A stretch of 64,000 nt of DNA from Thalia democratica. Its lineage: Eukaryota. The DNA is taken from assembly GCA_965202585.1 (NCBI GenBank), contig CBDBBG010000087.1, forward strand, positions 1 to 64,000, given 5' to 3'. Position numbers and translations under genes: made by a program. Position 1 is the first letter of the stretch. Every line of letters begins with the position of its first letter. A model generated the notes under the pieces. That model was given only the letters and a program-made list of their open reading frames with translations, ran no database searches and was not told the origin of the DNA. Below are positions 23,740 through 37,060 of this stretch, one piece after another.

Positions 23740-24200
23740 AAACGCCCATCAGAGATTATAACTTTATGAAAGTAGCCAACATCAACCTCCAAACGCAAAA
23801 CACGAGCTGCCAGCTAAACGCCTGCTAATTCGGCACCTTTAATTAGCGGCATGTGAGGAGTTGCCTTCACTTGGAAGCCATAAAAAGAAGGCTCGAGTTC
23901 AAAACAAAGTCGATGCCAATCATTCACATACAACTTGCCCTCACCTAATTTCGCTGCTTCTTTTCTTGCTGAGATTATCTCTTCGTTTCGTTCACTTGCA
24001 AGCTGCCTTGTTACTCATGAAGCAGGAAAAAGCAGCTAGCTGCTGAGATAACGCGTTGTGTGCGACGACGCTTTAAAAGGGGGGGAGGTGGTTTTAAAGG
24101 GTCGCTAATGAAGTCTCGCTGGTGGCTGTTGTGTAAGATGAGCTTTTTTTCGTTGAAGTTTTTAAAAATCCCGAAGTTCAACAACCCTTTAAATGTTTTT
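23740..24200 (-). promoter_or_regulatory. Conserved module B upstream of gene A
   Basis: Core GAGTAACAAGGCAGCTTGCAAGTGAACGAAA...GATAATCTCAGCAAGAAAAGAAGCAGCGAAATTAGGTGAGGGCAAGTT.TATGTGAATGATTGGCATC. It contains a CCAAT box, TAATTA and a donor-like AG|GTGAGG. Confidence 0.75.
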
Positions 24201-25049
24201 ACGGCGTCAATTAAAAAGGTGAACATTTTCTTACTTTTGTTTAATCAGTCTACTTATTCGCTACGAAGTAAATATTTTACGTTTTTATTCAATGCTTAAT
24301 TAACTTACTATAATTGTTTGTCTGCCAGTGAACATTGCAGTAATAGAACATAAATGACAACATGCTATAAAGTTGTTAGTTCAGGCTTTTAAGGTAAAAC
24401 TATTCTATAAATTCAACAGATTTAACATTTAGCAATAAGAAAACATAAAAATATATATATAATGGTTTTAATTTACTTTGTGGTTACTAAATATTTTTTT
24501 TTTAAAGTTTCCATTAAAATTGTTCGCATTATAAAGTTTAGTTGTTTGAATTTGTATTTTTATTTGCTTATGAAAATTTAAAAAAACAAAAAAAAAATTT
24601 AATACATTAATATTGTAGATAAAAAGAGCTAATAATTATAATTCGAGTACATCAATTATCAATAATTTACTGTATGGTTTTCAATCTTTAAAAACTTTAA
24701 TTTAAAAAATAATTTGCTAAAATCTTTTAAAAAGTGTTCCAAATTAAATTACTTATTATTTTCATTTAGTTTACTCTGAAAAACATTGTAAAGTATTTAA
24801 GTTTGATTTTCAACATAATTACAAAACCTGAAATAAAACTTTTTAAAAAACTTAAGGTACTTTTTTTTTAATTTTGATCATATCATCGTTTAAGTAAACA
24901 GTAAAGTTAATCTATTTACTTGAAAAATCTAAACTGAAACTTTTTAGCAACAAAAAATCCTTAAAACAAAGCTGAATAGAAGTGTAAAACAAAAACTTTC
25001 AAAAGAAACAGCTCATAAACCGCCAACGACGGCAATCTCAATTTTCAAA

Positions 25050-25925
25050 ACTTCGACAAGCTTCCAAAGCTGCCGTCTCGCTTTGCTTCTGCCTACATTA
25101 AAAGCTTCTGCTCGTCGACTTGCCGTCGAATGCACTTCTTTCCGCCGCTCGCCTCTCTCCGTGTCGCCGCCGCTTTTTACAACGCGCAAGTTTTTAACCG
25201 CAGCCGCTGCGAAAGTGAAAAGAGAGAGAGGCGACGAAGCATCAGATCACACACGACCCTCAAACGATGCCGCCACCCCTCCAACTTTCGCCCGTGCAAA
25301 CAAAAAGCTGCTGCCGAGCTACGAGGGGTCGTACTTGTTTTAGGTGGTCGCAGAGAGACATAGGAAGCAATAACCTCGCTGCATGCTCGGTTGGGAGAAA
25401 CTCGCTTTTATCGCCGCCTTTTATTGCCTTCTTTTTTTTCTTTGTGCCGACGTCGCGTTTCAAACACACAAGTGCTTTTTTACGGTAAGTGGCTGTTTGT
25501 TTTTATTTTTTTGAAAGTGAACAAGTCTGCCGTAGTGTTTAGTTTTAAAGTCTTAAAATTTAAGTTCACTGTTTAGTTCTAAAAAGTGTGCAAAAAATTC
25601 ATGAAGGTTTTACTTTTTAATTTTCCGTAAAAGTTTCTCATTAAAGTAACTTTGTTCAAAATATAAAAAACTAAACAAAAATCGTCTAATAAAACGGGAT
25701 AAGTTTTAAACGACCAAAAAGCAGTGTGGCAAAAATGTTTTGTTAAGCCATCTGCTATTGTGACGTCACTATATGCTCTGCATGACCCGAACTTTAATTT
25801 TCCGAACGAAACAACAACCGATCGCACGTTCGTGAAAAAAAAATTCATAAATCAAATTGAAGCCTCACTGGAATTTCGAATTTTGAGCGGGAAATATTTC
25901 CCATGGGAGAGGATAAACCGCTAAT
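25050..25925. promoter_or_regulatory. Modules A and H: CpG-rich distal elements about 3 kb upstream of gene A (copies at 37890-38700 and 38705-39425)
   Basis: CpG-dense and conserved between units; GCCATCTGCT..TGTGACGTCA with a CRE at 25761-25768. Confidence 0.55.
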
Positions 25926-26007
25926 CTGCAGTGCATTCAGTTACATGCTGATATGCTACCTGTTATTAGCGCTTCAAAGCTCGTTGAACATCATTTCGCA
26001 AAGTTCG

Positions 26008-28640
26008 GTGGCAGTTAAACCGCGAGGTCTTTTTTCGCGCCATAGTAGATAAACTAAACTTGAATTCCTTAAATGAAAGTTGCAAAAGTAGAATGTAATA
26101 TTGAGTGAGTGGCGATGTAGTAAGGCCTTTGGGAAAATCGAATTACGATTCCCTTACAGTCACTTTGGTTAGCTTTCTGGTTTAAAGCGTGCTTTGGTGC
26201 CAAGATATTCCAATTTTGATATTCTATTAGTTCAGTGTACTTCAAGCGGCTTTAAAATGAGTTTTTAGGCTTATTTAGGTTGTTCTTTTTAATTTTTATA
26301 TCTCGCCAGTTACTCCTTTAACAGCAGACTCAAATTTTTGCAAATACTTTGTTGAATAAATAGCAAGTTGTGTTGTATATGTTTTGAAACAAGATTCATT
26401 GTTTTTTCTATTTTAGTTTTATAATGTTACGATGGTAGATTGTTTTTTACGTTTAGGTTTACATGAAATACTTAAGTTTCTAAAAAAAAATTACTTGCAG
26501 TAATATGAGAAATTTACAGCTTTAGTATAAATAAAATCAGTTTTAAAAGTATGTAATCTTTAAAAGCTGTGCTGTTTTATAGTAACAAATGTATTATACT
26601 TAACGTTCAGCAACAAATCTTTGTTGAATATAACAATCAATAAGAAGAATTCTTATTTTTAAAATATTTTACTTTGTTGCATATAAATAAAAAGTTTTAA
26701 TTTAATTAACATTTTTTTTGTGTAATGTTTGTATTATAACATGAAATTTCAAAAACTTTTGTTTTAAATTGAGTTTCGTTTTTTATACTATAGTTCACTT
26801 TAAAACATTGTTTAAATGATTTAAAATCTTTTAATAACTTTAAATTCGGTTGTGCAATTAGAAAACATAGCTATGCACAATTGTTTACTTTTAGCTGCAG
26901 AGGGGAGTGATTATTGAATTTATAAAAAAGTCGTAAAACTTTATACCAAAATAAAATAATATGCTTTAAAATGGTGTAGAAAATTTTATTTTTACTAAAG
27001 TTACTATTGTCGTCGTTAAATAATATATTAAGCTAGTTGAACAGTCGTGATTTGGTGAAAACTATTTTATACTAAGAACATTAGTTAAATTTTAAAACCA
27101 CTGCTTCAGACAAGCTATAAAAACATATTTTATAAGACGTAACTCATAAGGATATATTGAAAATAAAATAGTTATACCATGCAAGTATTTTATTGTTTTT
27201 AGAGATTTAGTTTACTTACAGTTATAATTACTTAATACTTTATTACAGAATTTTAAACCAATAACAAAAAATCAACAATTAGGTTCAAAAAAAACCATAG
27301 ACGGTGGCAGTTAATCCACGAGATCATTTTTCGCGCCATAGTAGATAAACTGAACTTAAATTCCTTAAATGAAAGTTGTAAAAGTAGAATGTAATATTGA
27401 GTGATTGGCGACCTTTGGGAATCTCAAATACGATTCCCTTACAGTCGCTTTGGTCAGCTTTCTGGTTAAAAGCGTGCTTCGGTGCCAAGATATTCCAATT
27501 TTGATATTTTGTTAGTTGCAGTGTACTTCAAGTGGTTTTAAAATGAGTTTTTAGCCTTATTTTGGTTGTTCTTTTTAGTTTTATATCTCGCCACTTACTC
27601 CTTTAACAGCAGACTTAAATTTTTGCAAATAATTTGTTGAGTAAATTATAAGTTGTGTTGTATATGTTTTAAAACAAGCTTCATTATTTTTTCTATTTTA
27701 GTGTTATAATATTACGATGGTAGATTGATAATTAACAAGAATTTTTATTACATTTAGGTTTGCATGAGTTACTTAAGTTTCCAAAAAACAATTACTTTAA
27801 GTAATATGAGAAATTAACAGCTTTAGTATAAATAAAATTAGTTTTCAAAGTACATAATCTTTAAACCTGTGCTGTTTTATAATTAACGTTCAGTAACAAA
27901 TACTTGTTAAAAATAAGAATCAATAAGAAAGATTGTGATTTAAAAGATACTTTACTTTGTTGCATATAAATAAAATGTCTTAATTTTACTTAAAAAGATT
28001 TATATAAGTAAACTTTTTTTTTGTGTAACTTTTACACTTAAGTTATAGAACTTAAAAAACAAAAAAAAATTAAATTGAGTTTTGTTTTTTATATTACAGT
28101 TAACTTTTAAAACATAAAAGTAATGTTTTTGACATCTTTAAACTCAGTTGTGCAGTTAGAAGTTTCAAGTATTCACAATTGTTTACTTTTATCTGCAGAG
28201 GGGAGTTACTATCAAACTTATAAAAGTGTTATCAAACATAATACAAAAATAAGATATTTTGCTTTAAACTGGTTTAGAAATATTTATTTTACTAAAGTTA
28301 CTATTGTCGTCGTATTCTATGCTAGTTGAACAGTCGAGATTTACTAAAAACGATGTTTTAACTAATCTAAATAACAAAAATAACCTATATAAGATTAATC
28401 GATTTTCGAAAGCTCTCTACTAAGCACAATTGTTAAATTTTAAAAAACACTGTTACAGACGAACTATAAAAACGTGTTTTATAAAACGTAACTCATAATA
28501 AAAAAAATGAAAATTATAATACGCAAGTATTTTACTGTTTTTAGAGATTCAATTTACTTAAAGTTATAGTTACTCAATATTTTATTTTGAATTTTTAAAC
28601 AATAAAAAACAATCAACGATTAGATTTAGAGAAAACCAAA
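26008..28640. repeat. Tandem duplication, period about 1295 bp
   Basis: GGTGGCAGTTAA...TTTTCGCGCCATAGTAGATAAACT starts at 26008 and 27303; collinear for more than 1 kb. Confidence 0.9.
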
Positions 28641-29245
28641 GACTAAGATTTTTTTCACATTAAATAAAGTTTTACAAACATACAACAACATTTTTGACCA
28701 GTACACATTTTTCCGTAACGACAACTTCTACACTAGTAAATACTACAATAGAAAAGATAAAATTTGTTGTATATCATTTTACTGAAAAAAATTCAAATAC
28801 ATTGCTTCTGTTCAGTTAAATTTCTCTACAATCGAAAAATTATTGACTACAAGTAATATTTTAACAAGATAAAATGCACAAAACTAACATTTTTATCAGT
28901 CTTATTTTAAAATGAATATAATTTTCAATCAAGAAACAAAGCGAAAATACTAAGTAAGGTTTCATTTCGACTATTAAAGTCTTATTAAAGACTATTAAAG
29001 TCCTTGACAAGACGTTAAAAGGTATCCAAGTGGTTTGCGACTCGATAACCGAAAGTTTTTATCGTACATCAGGTCCAATGATTAAATATTTAGGGGGTTT
29101 TTTCGACCTTTATAAACTATAGTATTAAAATAATTTATACTTGCCATTAAATTTATTGGGTTTGAAATGTTTTACTATATGGTAAATGTTCTTTAAGTCA
29201 AACTTAAAAAAAAGTAGCCTGTAAAACACTTTTTCCTTTTAATGT

Positions 29246-29276
29246 GGCCTGCGGAAAAATCGGCTGCCGAGCCCTG
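29246..29276 (-). mobile_element. Solo hAT-like terminus (paralogous remnant at 1465-1494)
   Basis: The reverse complement reads CAGGGCTCGGCAGCCGATTTTTCCGCAGGCC, resembling hAT/Charlie ends; no partner end was found. Confidence 0.35.
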
Positions 29277-31004
29277 ATATATATCAAAGTTTTTATTTGC
29301 AAATTATTTTAACTTTATTTAACTTTTCCAAGCCTGAAAGTAATATTTAAAAAAGATTTTTTTAATTTTCAATCATCAATTTTGATCTCGTTTTTACAAA
29401 CTAACTATACATTAATCAATAAAGATCTAAAATAAAAAATTACAATATACTTTTTATATGTTTCATTTAATACCATTTTACTAAAAGTTTTACAAGGAAA
29501 TTTGTTAGACTGATTTTTTAATCCAAAAAAAAAATCAGAAACTCGCACATGTGTATTAGAATCAGTATATACCAAATTTTGGAAAATGGCTAAAAATTAA
29601 GAATTTTTTGTTGCCGTTATTCCTTGTGCCAACATATCTCATCACTTTCAATCCCCGTTGACTTCTAAATGCCCCCTTATTACGCATGGTAGCCACTTAA
29701 AATATAAAAAGCAGCTACTTTTGAAGACACACAAGTTGCACTTTTCTCTCGTCAGCAGAAGCCACTCACGCCAGTGCAGGAGAAAGGCGACAGAAGAAGC
29801 GGCTTCTGACGTCAGTGGCAAAATGTGTGACGTCACAAACCAAAAATCGTCGTTTACTTTCTTCTTATTTTTCAAAACTCGCGTCCTGATATATAAATGA
29901 GTTTTAAATGAGTTTATCAATAATAAAATGAGAATTTTTCTAAAATTTTTCTTGCTTTTTCATAGTTTCTAAAAATTACGAACAATTCTAATAAGTAAAT
30001 GTTATAAATTTAAATCAATTTTAACTACTTGAAACGAGTTATCGAAACACTAAAAGTTGAAAAGAGTACCATTACAAAAAAAAAAGAACTTAAGACACTC
30101 TTAGGACTAAATTGAATACAGGTTTTAAAAATGTAAATGAATTTTAACTAAAACTCTTTAAAAGCTTAACAGATGTTTATCATCATAAAAGTTTTACGAC
30201 AAGGAAAGTAGTAAATGAAAAACTAAACTTATGAAAGTTACTGTTTAGAAATTTGGACAAAAGTTCATAAAATACCTATTTGAATTTTGTATATATATTT
30301 CTTTTAAATAAAAGCTACTGGTACTTTTTCATTAAGGAAGATTATCCTAGCAACGAAACGAGAAACTACATAAAGTTTCGAATTTGTGATTGATGGGTGC
30401 ATGAAAAAATTGTTTTCAAATTTTCTTTCAACTTTCGTTATAACTCAGTTTCTTGTGTTACTTAATTAACACCAGAAATTAGCAACATAATTAAAATCAG
30501 CTTACTTCTACCACGGAATTTGTAAGAAGTTTTTAGAATTTTTATAACTTGCTGTTCAGTTATATTAGCTGTTTGTAATGCGAAATGTGGTATCTAGTTT
30601 GTAATTACCTTTTTTATAATGTATCATCGTTCAATGTGTTTTAAATAAGGAGCTGTTTTTTAGAATTTAAAAAAAATAAGTGCAACACTTTTAGTCTAGC
30701 CTTTTAAGTTTTTTTCAAGGAACATCAAAGTTCTGTTAATCTAGAGTTTTTTGAAAGTTTACTAGCGTTTAAACCAGAAAAAATGCAAAATACTAAAACA
30801 TTTCGGCAAAAACATTAACATGTTATTTTGAATTAATTCTAATGACTTCATTTGAATATTGAATAACTTTATATTAGTTAACTATAAATTTTGTATAAAA
30901 TTTATTTAAAAAGTTATAAAAAAGTTTGATACAAAATTTGTCACATACCGACAACTCACTAAAACGATTTAATCTTCTCTAAACTACGGAAGTGATGACT
31001 GACA

Positions 31005-31135
31005 ACCGTGTTGCTAAGCAACCATGCCACCTTGGTTGCTACGTGAGATGCGATCTGCGCTTATCGGCTTAATTTGATTACAGATTTGCTCGTCCGTTGC
31101 TTAGTAACCATTGCCAGCGAACAAGTTGTTTGAAC
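31005..31135 (+). promoter_or_regulatory. Module D copy in P1b
   Basis: Matches 3245-3375; GTTGCTAAGCAAC at 31010-31022. Confidence 0.72.
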
Positions 31136-32572
31136 AGAGACATTTTTGTCAGTTTAGCTTGTATGATGTGTAATTTCACTTGTTACTAGACACTTATCTT
31201 GTTTATTAGTCTCAACTAAAACATACTTGGTACATCGATCTTGTTTTATTTAGTTTTTATAATGTTTTGTATATGATAATGAATATGCAATTTAGTAGCA
31301 AAACATATTATTAAATTTTATTTTTCTATAAAACCACTATTGCGCATTGATATGTGCTGTATAGAATGTACTATTTAAGTTTAAGTGGAAATTATTAATT
31401 TTCTTAATTGGTAATAACTTATCAATTTTATACACATACACTTAAGGAAAATTTCAAAAGTCTGGCTTATAATAAAAATATAATACTTTTAAAGTTATAC
31501 AATGCTGTGTATTTGTTTACATAAAAATATACTAGAGTTTAAAGCTACAGTGATTTAAAATATAAATATTTTTTGATAACAATAAACGATACACTAAATT
31601 CAAGTAAACTTAGCGGCTAGTTACTAAAGGTTATAGGTTTTTTAAAAGTAAAAACATGATAGTTGTTTGATAATTACTAAAATAAATTAACATACATTTT
31701 TAGTTATGATCAAGTATTTGTTTTTATAAGGACTAAATACATAAAATAAGATATTTATACTACTGTTTTAAATGATATAGAACTGAAATGTAGGCAATAA
31801 AGTCAAGTAGTTTAAGTAAAACACTTTTACTTTGGAGGGCAACAAAAGAATTTTTGAATTTTATAAACAACTCAATCATCAAAAGCTGGTTTCCACGAAA
31901 CAAAGATTCACTTCCTGTGTGACGTAATAAAAGAAACATAGTTTGAATCACATATACTTTGGTGGCCACCCATCGTATAAGCCACTAAGCGAGAGTCAAT
32001 ACTCGTAACAACAAAGTTGTTATTGATTTTTGATTTTCTAACGAGTTTAAAGTTTTTTAATTTATTTCTTTCCAATTCGAATATTTCTTGTTTTCCTTTT
32101 AACTTTGCAGATACCCGTGTTGTATTTATTGCTAATTTTGTTATTTTTTGATAAGTTATTAAATACTGACTAGTTTATGTTTTAGTGTTACAAAACCAAT
32201 CAACAGTGTCATAAAACTAAAAAAAAACTATTTATATAATTTATTTTTTGTTTTATAATCTTAATTATTATAAATTATCGAAAAGTCTACATACGACTTA
32301 AAACTTTTATAAAATAGAATATATCCCTTCCTATTTGCTCATCAACCTTTCAAAGCTGCTACTCTGATCGACAGATTGGGCGAGAAAGAATATCGTTGCC
32401 AGGGAAACGCGTCAACGTGTTACGGTGAAAATTTGCTTATAAACTCCCCAACATCAGATTAAAAAGGCAATCGAGTTTCAATCTCGCCCTTTTTGAGTTG
32501 CTTCTAAAAGACTTATTTGAATTTGCGAAGCAATGGTAAGTAAATTGAAAAATAAACAAAGTTTCTTTGCAA

Positions 32573-32672
32573 NNNNNNNNNNNNNNNNNNNNNNNNNNNN
32601 NNNNNNNNNNNNNNNNNNNNNNNNNNNNNNNNNNNNNNNNNNNNNNNNNNNNNNNNNNNNNNNNNNNNNNNN
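32573..32672. other. Assembly gap (100 N)
   Basis: N run; the left flank matches about 5500 and the right flank about 19552 of unit 1. Confidence 0.99.
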
Positions 32673-33401
32673 AACCGCCACTAACAAAACAACAAAAAGC
32701 CTTCTCGATGTGTCACGAAATAATTAATCACCTTCTCTAAACATCAGCGTTGCGCAGTGTCGGGTTTTACAGCGCTGAAGATCAGAATAAAGGGGAAGAT
32801 CAACAACAATCCGCGGTGTCAGGACTTGGCACCAAAGTTACTGAAATCTGCTTTATTTTAGCAGAATAGCAATTAAGTACGCGCGAGGTTGTACGGTTGA
32901 TCATTTGAATTTAAATTTGTTGAAAAACCATTGCGCTTATTAAAAGCTCGCGAGCCCGAAAAGCTTTGACGAGTGTAAGTTAATATGAGTAAACTTCATT
33001 TATATATTCAAGCGCTTATTGACATTTATTTACATTAAAAATTTAATATATTTTCACCAGTAGTTAATGTCACAAACAAATTCAAGCTGGAGAAAGTTAA
33101 AACCGCTGCTCGCTTCAATTAATTTTCAAAGAACATAAATAAATTTATCAGAGGCAAAGTTTGTTCCAGATATGCAAGTCTAGAGGCTAATGGCCTTGCA
33201 TATCATAATAATCCATAACCATTTTTTAGAAAATCAAAACAGATTATAAAAATGTTTGAAAATATAAACGATACATATATATATAAATATATATATATAT
33301 ATACACATTTATAGAAAAAGTTGTACTAAATATAAATGAAAACTTTAGTTTCGTATTGACTTTTTCATCGTGTTACACTATATAGTTCAACAAAAACTAA
33401 C

Positions 33402-35028
33402 TGTTGTTATTAGGAGTAACGAATACTTTTTCGTTGCTACTAGTAAAAACCGGGGGCTGCTGACATTCGACAACGGAAGTCGTGGATGACAGTTCTGGTG
33501 ATGACGTCATAGCGGAGGTTGATCTCTGTTTCGTGGAAACAATAAGATCTTGATTTAGCTGAATATTGCTGTAAAAAAATAATAACTAAATTTACTGTGA
33601 GTAAAAGTTATAGTTTTTTGTATTAAAAAAAAGCTAACAAAAAATGATTTAGTAATAGTTTTATAAATTCAAAATTTTACCGTTTAAATGATGTGTTGTC
33701 GAACATTGGCATATTAGGAAACGGCAGCATACTTTCTTGTTTCTTGTTCAGGTTCATCAGATTTAAAACTTGTAACCTGAAAAAGTTCATTATTAAGCAA
33801 TTAAAAATTTATACGGCGTTTGTGAAAACTAATATACTAAGTTATCTCAAAAACACATAACTTGAATAAAAGGAAAGTTTAATATACAGTTTAATACATA
33901 GATTAAACGAAAGAAAGCTTTTCTCAAACAGCGTGTTAACCAGTAGTTATTTTTTTGTTGTTACAACTAAACAAGTCAGTAGTTTCCTTAGCAACCAGCC
34001 CACCACGTCCTATGTAAATGACCTCCTTAGCAACGGTTGCTAAGTTGCGAGCTGCAATGAAGCAGATATACGCTTGAGGTCTCTCGCATGGTAACCGAGG
34101 TGGCATGGTTGCTTTTCAACCGCTTTCAGCACTTCCGCACTTTTATTAACCAGTTTTGACGAAAATCACCGACGTCTGCGAAGGCGGTATTAAGCTTCCT
34201 CCAGACGCGGTAAAGTAAACCATATTTTTATAGTTTCAAAAAAAAAACTTCAAGAAAAAAGTTTTCTTGATTTACGCTTATTATAAGGGTTTTAAGCAAG
34301 AACTACTTCAAAACGAAACAATTGGATTTAGCTAGTATTACTTTGAAGTTGTAAGTTTTGTTATCGCATAAAAAACGTGTATCGATATTTATTGGTAATT
34401 TATAAATACTTCCATAACATTTGAAGCAGATTAAATTATTAATTTTAACTTTGTTTGTAGAATTTTTAAATCTCTTTGAGCCAAGTAAAAATACGTAAAG
34501 TAAGTTTTATGGTGATAATTAATTTTTTTAATTTCGTTTTTTAACCTGTAGTGTTATAGTATAAACACATTTGAAGAATTACCGCACAAAAGAGCTGAAC
34601 AACTATATTCATTTTGAAGCTAACACTTCTTTGTCAATTGAAAAAATTACAGTTCCTTGAAGTTTAATAGTATTTTAAACGACGTCTTTTTCAAAATAAA
34701 TTTTCAATAGTCGATAAAAAACAATAGATTCTACTTTCTTAAGTATATAATAATTTAATTTTTGCCAAATTACTTACCAGTCAAATTGATTTTGGCCTCC
34801 AAATTGTAGCGGGTCGAACCCGGCAAATTCACCACCTTTTTGCTGCTTAGAGGGAATTTGCAAAAATCCCCCAGGAAAGGGGTTACCAGGCAACATGGCT
34901 GCCGGGTTGTTAAGCATCCACATACTGGCAAGGTCGGGTTGAGAAAAAATGTCCCCGAACTCAGCACCTGATTGGCTTAAAATTGTCGATAAGTCGGGAG
35001 AAATACCCGGAACTGTTGAAGAACCCAT
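33402..35028 (-). CDS. SAMD11: Gene A-prime: exons 1-2 of a second SAND-SAM paralog; remaining exons presumably lost in the gap
   Basis: Exon 35028-34778 (MGSSTVPGISPDLSTILSQSGAEFGDIFSQ...) has an in-frame 8-aa deletion versus gene A. Exon 33568-33402 is 167 nt like gene A exon 2, with an open frame and the same phases. Confidence 0.8.
33960..34225 (-). promoter_or_regulatory. Module D in A-prime intron 1
   Basis: Direct match to 21040-21300. Confidence 0.72.
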
Positions 35029-35729
35029 ATTTTAAATATTTTAAATACCTGTAATTCACGTGATAACTAATTGTTTTAAAATTACAAAACATTCTTTGTA
35101 AAGTAAAACATAGTTTGAAAATAATTGTTAGTTTGAAACAAATAAAGCAATTTGTTTAATATGTAGTTTTCATTTAAAAATAATTTTAATGACTTAAAAT
35201 TTTAAGAAATTTGCAAGATTTAAGCAAGTACTAATGAATAATTATCACATAATTATTATTTTACTATGAATTAAATGAAAATAACTGTTACTCAGTTTTA
35301 CTAGGTAACAAATGAATAGTTTATAACAGATAGTAAAATTGATTAATATTTAAGTATAGTTAGCAAAAAACTGTAAAAATCTTTTTTTTTTAATTAAACT
35401 TTTGTTAGAAAATGTTTCTTTAATTAAGACATTACCTAAACCAGCTTGTTCTTACATTTAGAGTTGTAAATACTAATGTTTTGCATATCAATTAATTAAA
35501 AACTCATTACACATAAAACGTACAATTAAGAAAATGTATTACGATAGTGGCTTTTACGTTTCCTTGTATATTATAAAAGCAAATTACAGTTAATGTAATA
35601 TTAAAACAACTAAAAGCTTAACGTATCTCTAACACTTTCAAAATAAATTTCAAAACGTCGCATTCAATCTCAATTCAAAAAAGTACCAAAAAAAAAAAGT
35701 TCAATGGAAAATTCTGATCCATTAGACTT

Positions 35730-36300
35730 GAGACCATCGCGCTCCTTTCAGCATCTCGTTCCCACGGCAATCAATTTCGACCGTGGCGACGACCCGGGAG
35801 GAGTCACCAAGGAAGACAGATTGCAACCAGCTTCGTTGTCAGCAACCAGTTGCGGTGATGCGGTTACGGACCTCAGCGAAAAATGAAAACGAGGCGAAAT
35901 CGTGTTAGCAGAAGCGCGCTGTGTAAACAACTAAATCCGAGCGCTGCGTTGTGCGAAAAACCGCAGCTCTCTTCATTGTTTGTGTTTGCGATAAAACACG
36001 CAACCGAAAACACACCGAGCAAAAATCACCGCCCCTCTTCTTTTTCACAGCTTATTATTCTTTTAAGTAGAAAAAACCAGCTAGGGTCTCTAACGAGCTG
36101 ACACTTAGCGAGAGTAAAAAATAGCAGCGCGTTGTGTGTGGTAGCTGTCTGTGAAACAGCTTTGAAATTGCATGTATAGATTTTAGCGGATAAAGAGGTG
36201 AAATTAGCGAGGGCGGCGGTAGATTGATTTTCCAAGTTCGGAAACTTAAGAGAAGGCGACAGTTTTCGGCATACAACTCGTCTGTCTCGATTTTTTGTGT
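35730..36300 (-). promoter_or_regulatory. Module C of A-prime
   Basis: Direct match to 22860-23355. Confidence 0.68.
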
Positions 36301-36589
36301 TCCCCTTCCAAAATTTTTTTTCGCAAGCCGACACACTGGTTGTCGTTTAAAAGATTTCTTATGGAAGACCTAATGTATGGAAAGTGAATGAAAAGCTTGC
36401 CACGAGCCTATGAGGATTTTTGTGCTGCAAAAAATTATTTTTTGCCTTAAAAAAGTACTTATTCTGAACAAAAGTGCTGTTAAATTATATATTACTTGGA
36501 ACGAAAGTAATTAAAATATAAGCAAAACAACATTTTACTTATAACCCTTTTGAATTTATTTAAAGCTCCAGTAAAAATAAAATACTAAC

Positions 36590-37060
36590 GAAATCCGTAT
36601 AGCTTCTGCTACCATTCAAAAGTACGCCCATCAGAGATTATAACTTTATGAAAGTAGCCACCATCAAATTCCAAACGCAAAACAAGAGCTGCCAGCTAAA
36701 CGCCTGCTAATTCGGCGCCTTTAATTAGCGGCATGTGAGAAGCTGGCTTCACTTGGAAGCCATAAAGAGAAGAGTTCAAAACAAAGTCGATGCCAATCAT
36801 TCACATACAACTTGCCCTCACCTAATTTCGCTGCTTCTTTTCTTGCTGAGATTATTCCTTCGTTTCGTTCACTCGCAAGCTGCCTTGTCATTCTTGAAGC
36901 AGGAAAAGGCAGCTAGCTGCTGAGATAACGCGCCGTGTGCGACCACGCTTTAAGGGGGGCCGGTTTTAAAGGGTCTCTAATGAAATCTTGCTGGTGGCTG
37001 TTGTGTAAGATGAGCTTTCGTTGAAGATTTGAGAGCCCGAAGTTCAACAATCATTTAAAA
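36590..37060 (-). promoter_or_regulatory. Module B upstream of A-prime
   Basis: Direct match to 23740-24200. Confidence 0.75.

Larger units (their letters stand above)
1..25925. repeat. Segmental duplication unit 1 (starts before the window)
   Basis: 1-5500 aligns to about 26210-32572 and 39590-44340; 5600-10930 aligns to about 45500-49270; 19550-25925 aligns to 32673-39425. Confidence 0.85.

Noticed and set aside
23861-24046. Conserved small ORF (HSHTTCPHLISLLLFLL) repeated at 36735-36923
   Set aside because: It has non-ATG starts, and the other module B copies carry a non-triplet indel, so conservation is at the DNA level.
25083-25576. Cluster of overlapping ORFs in several frames (also at 37921-38250)
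   Set aside because: Expected in a GC-richer patch with few stop codons; the frames differ between the paralogous copies.
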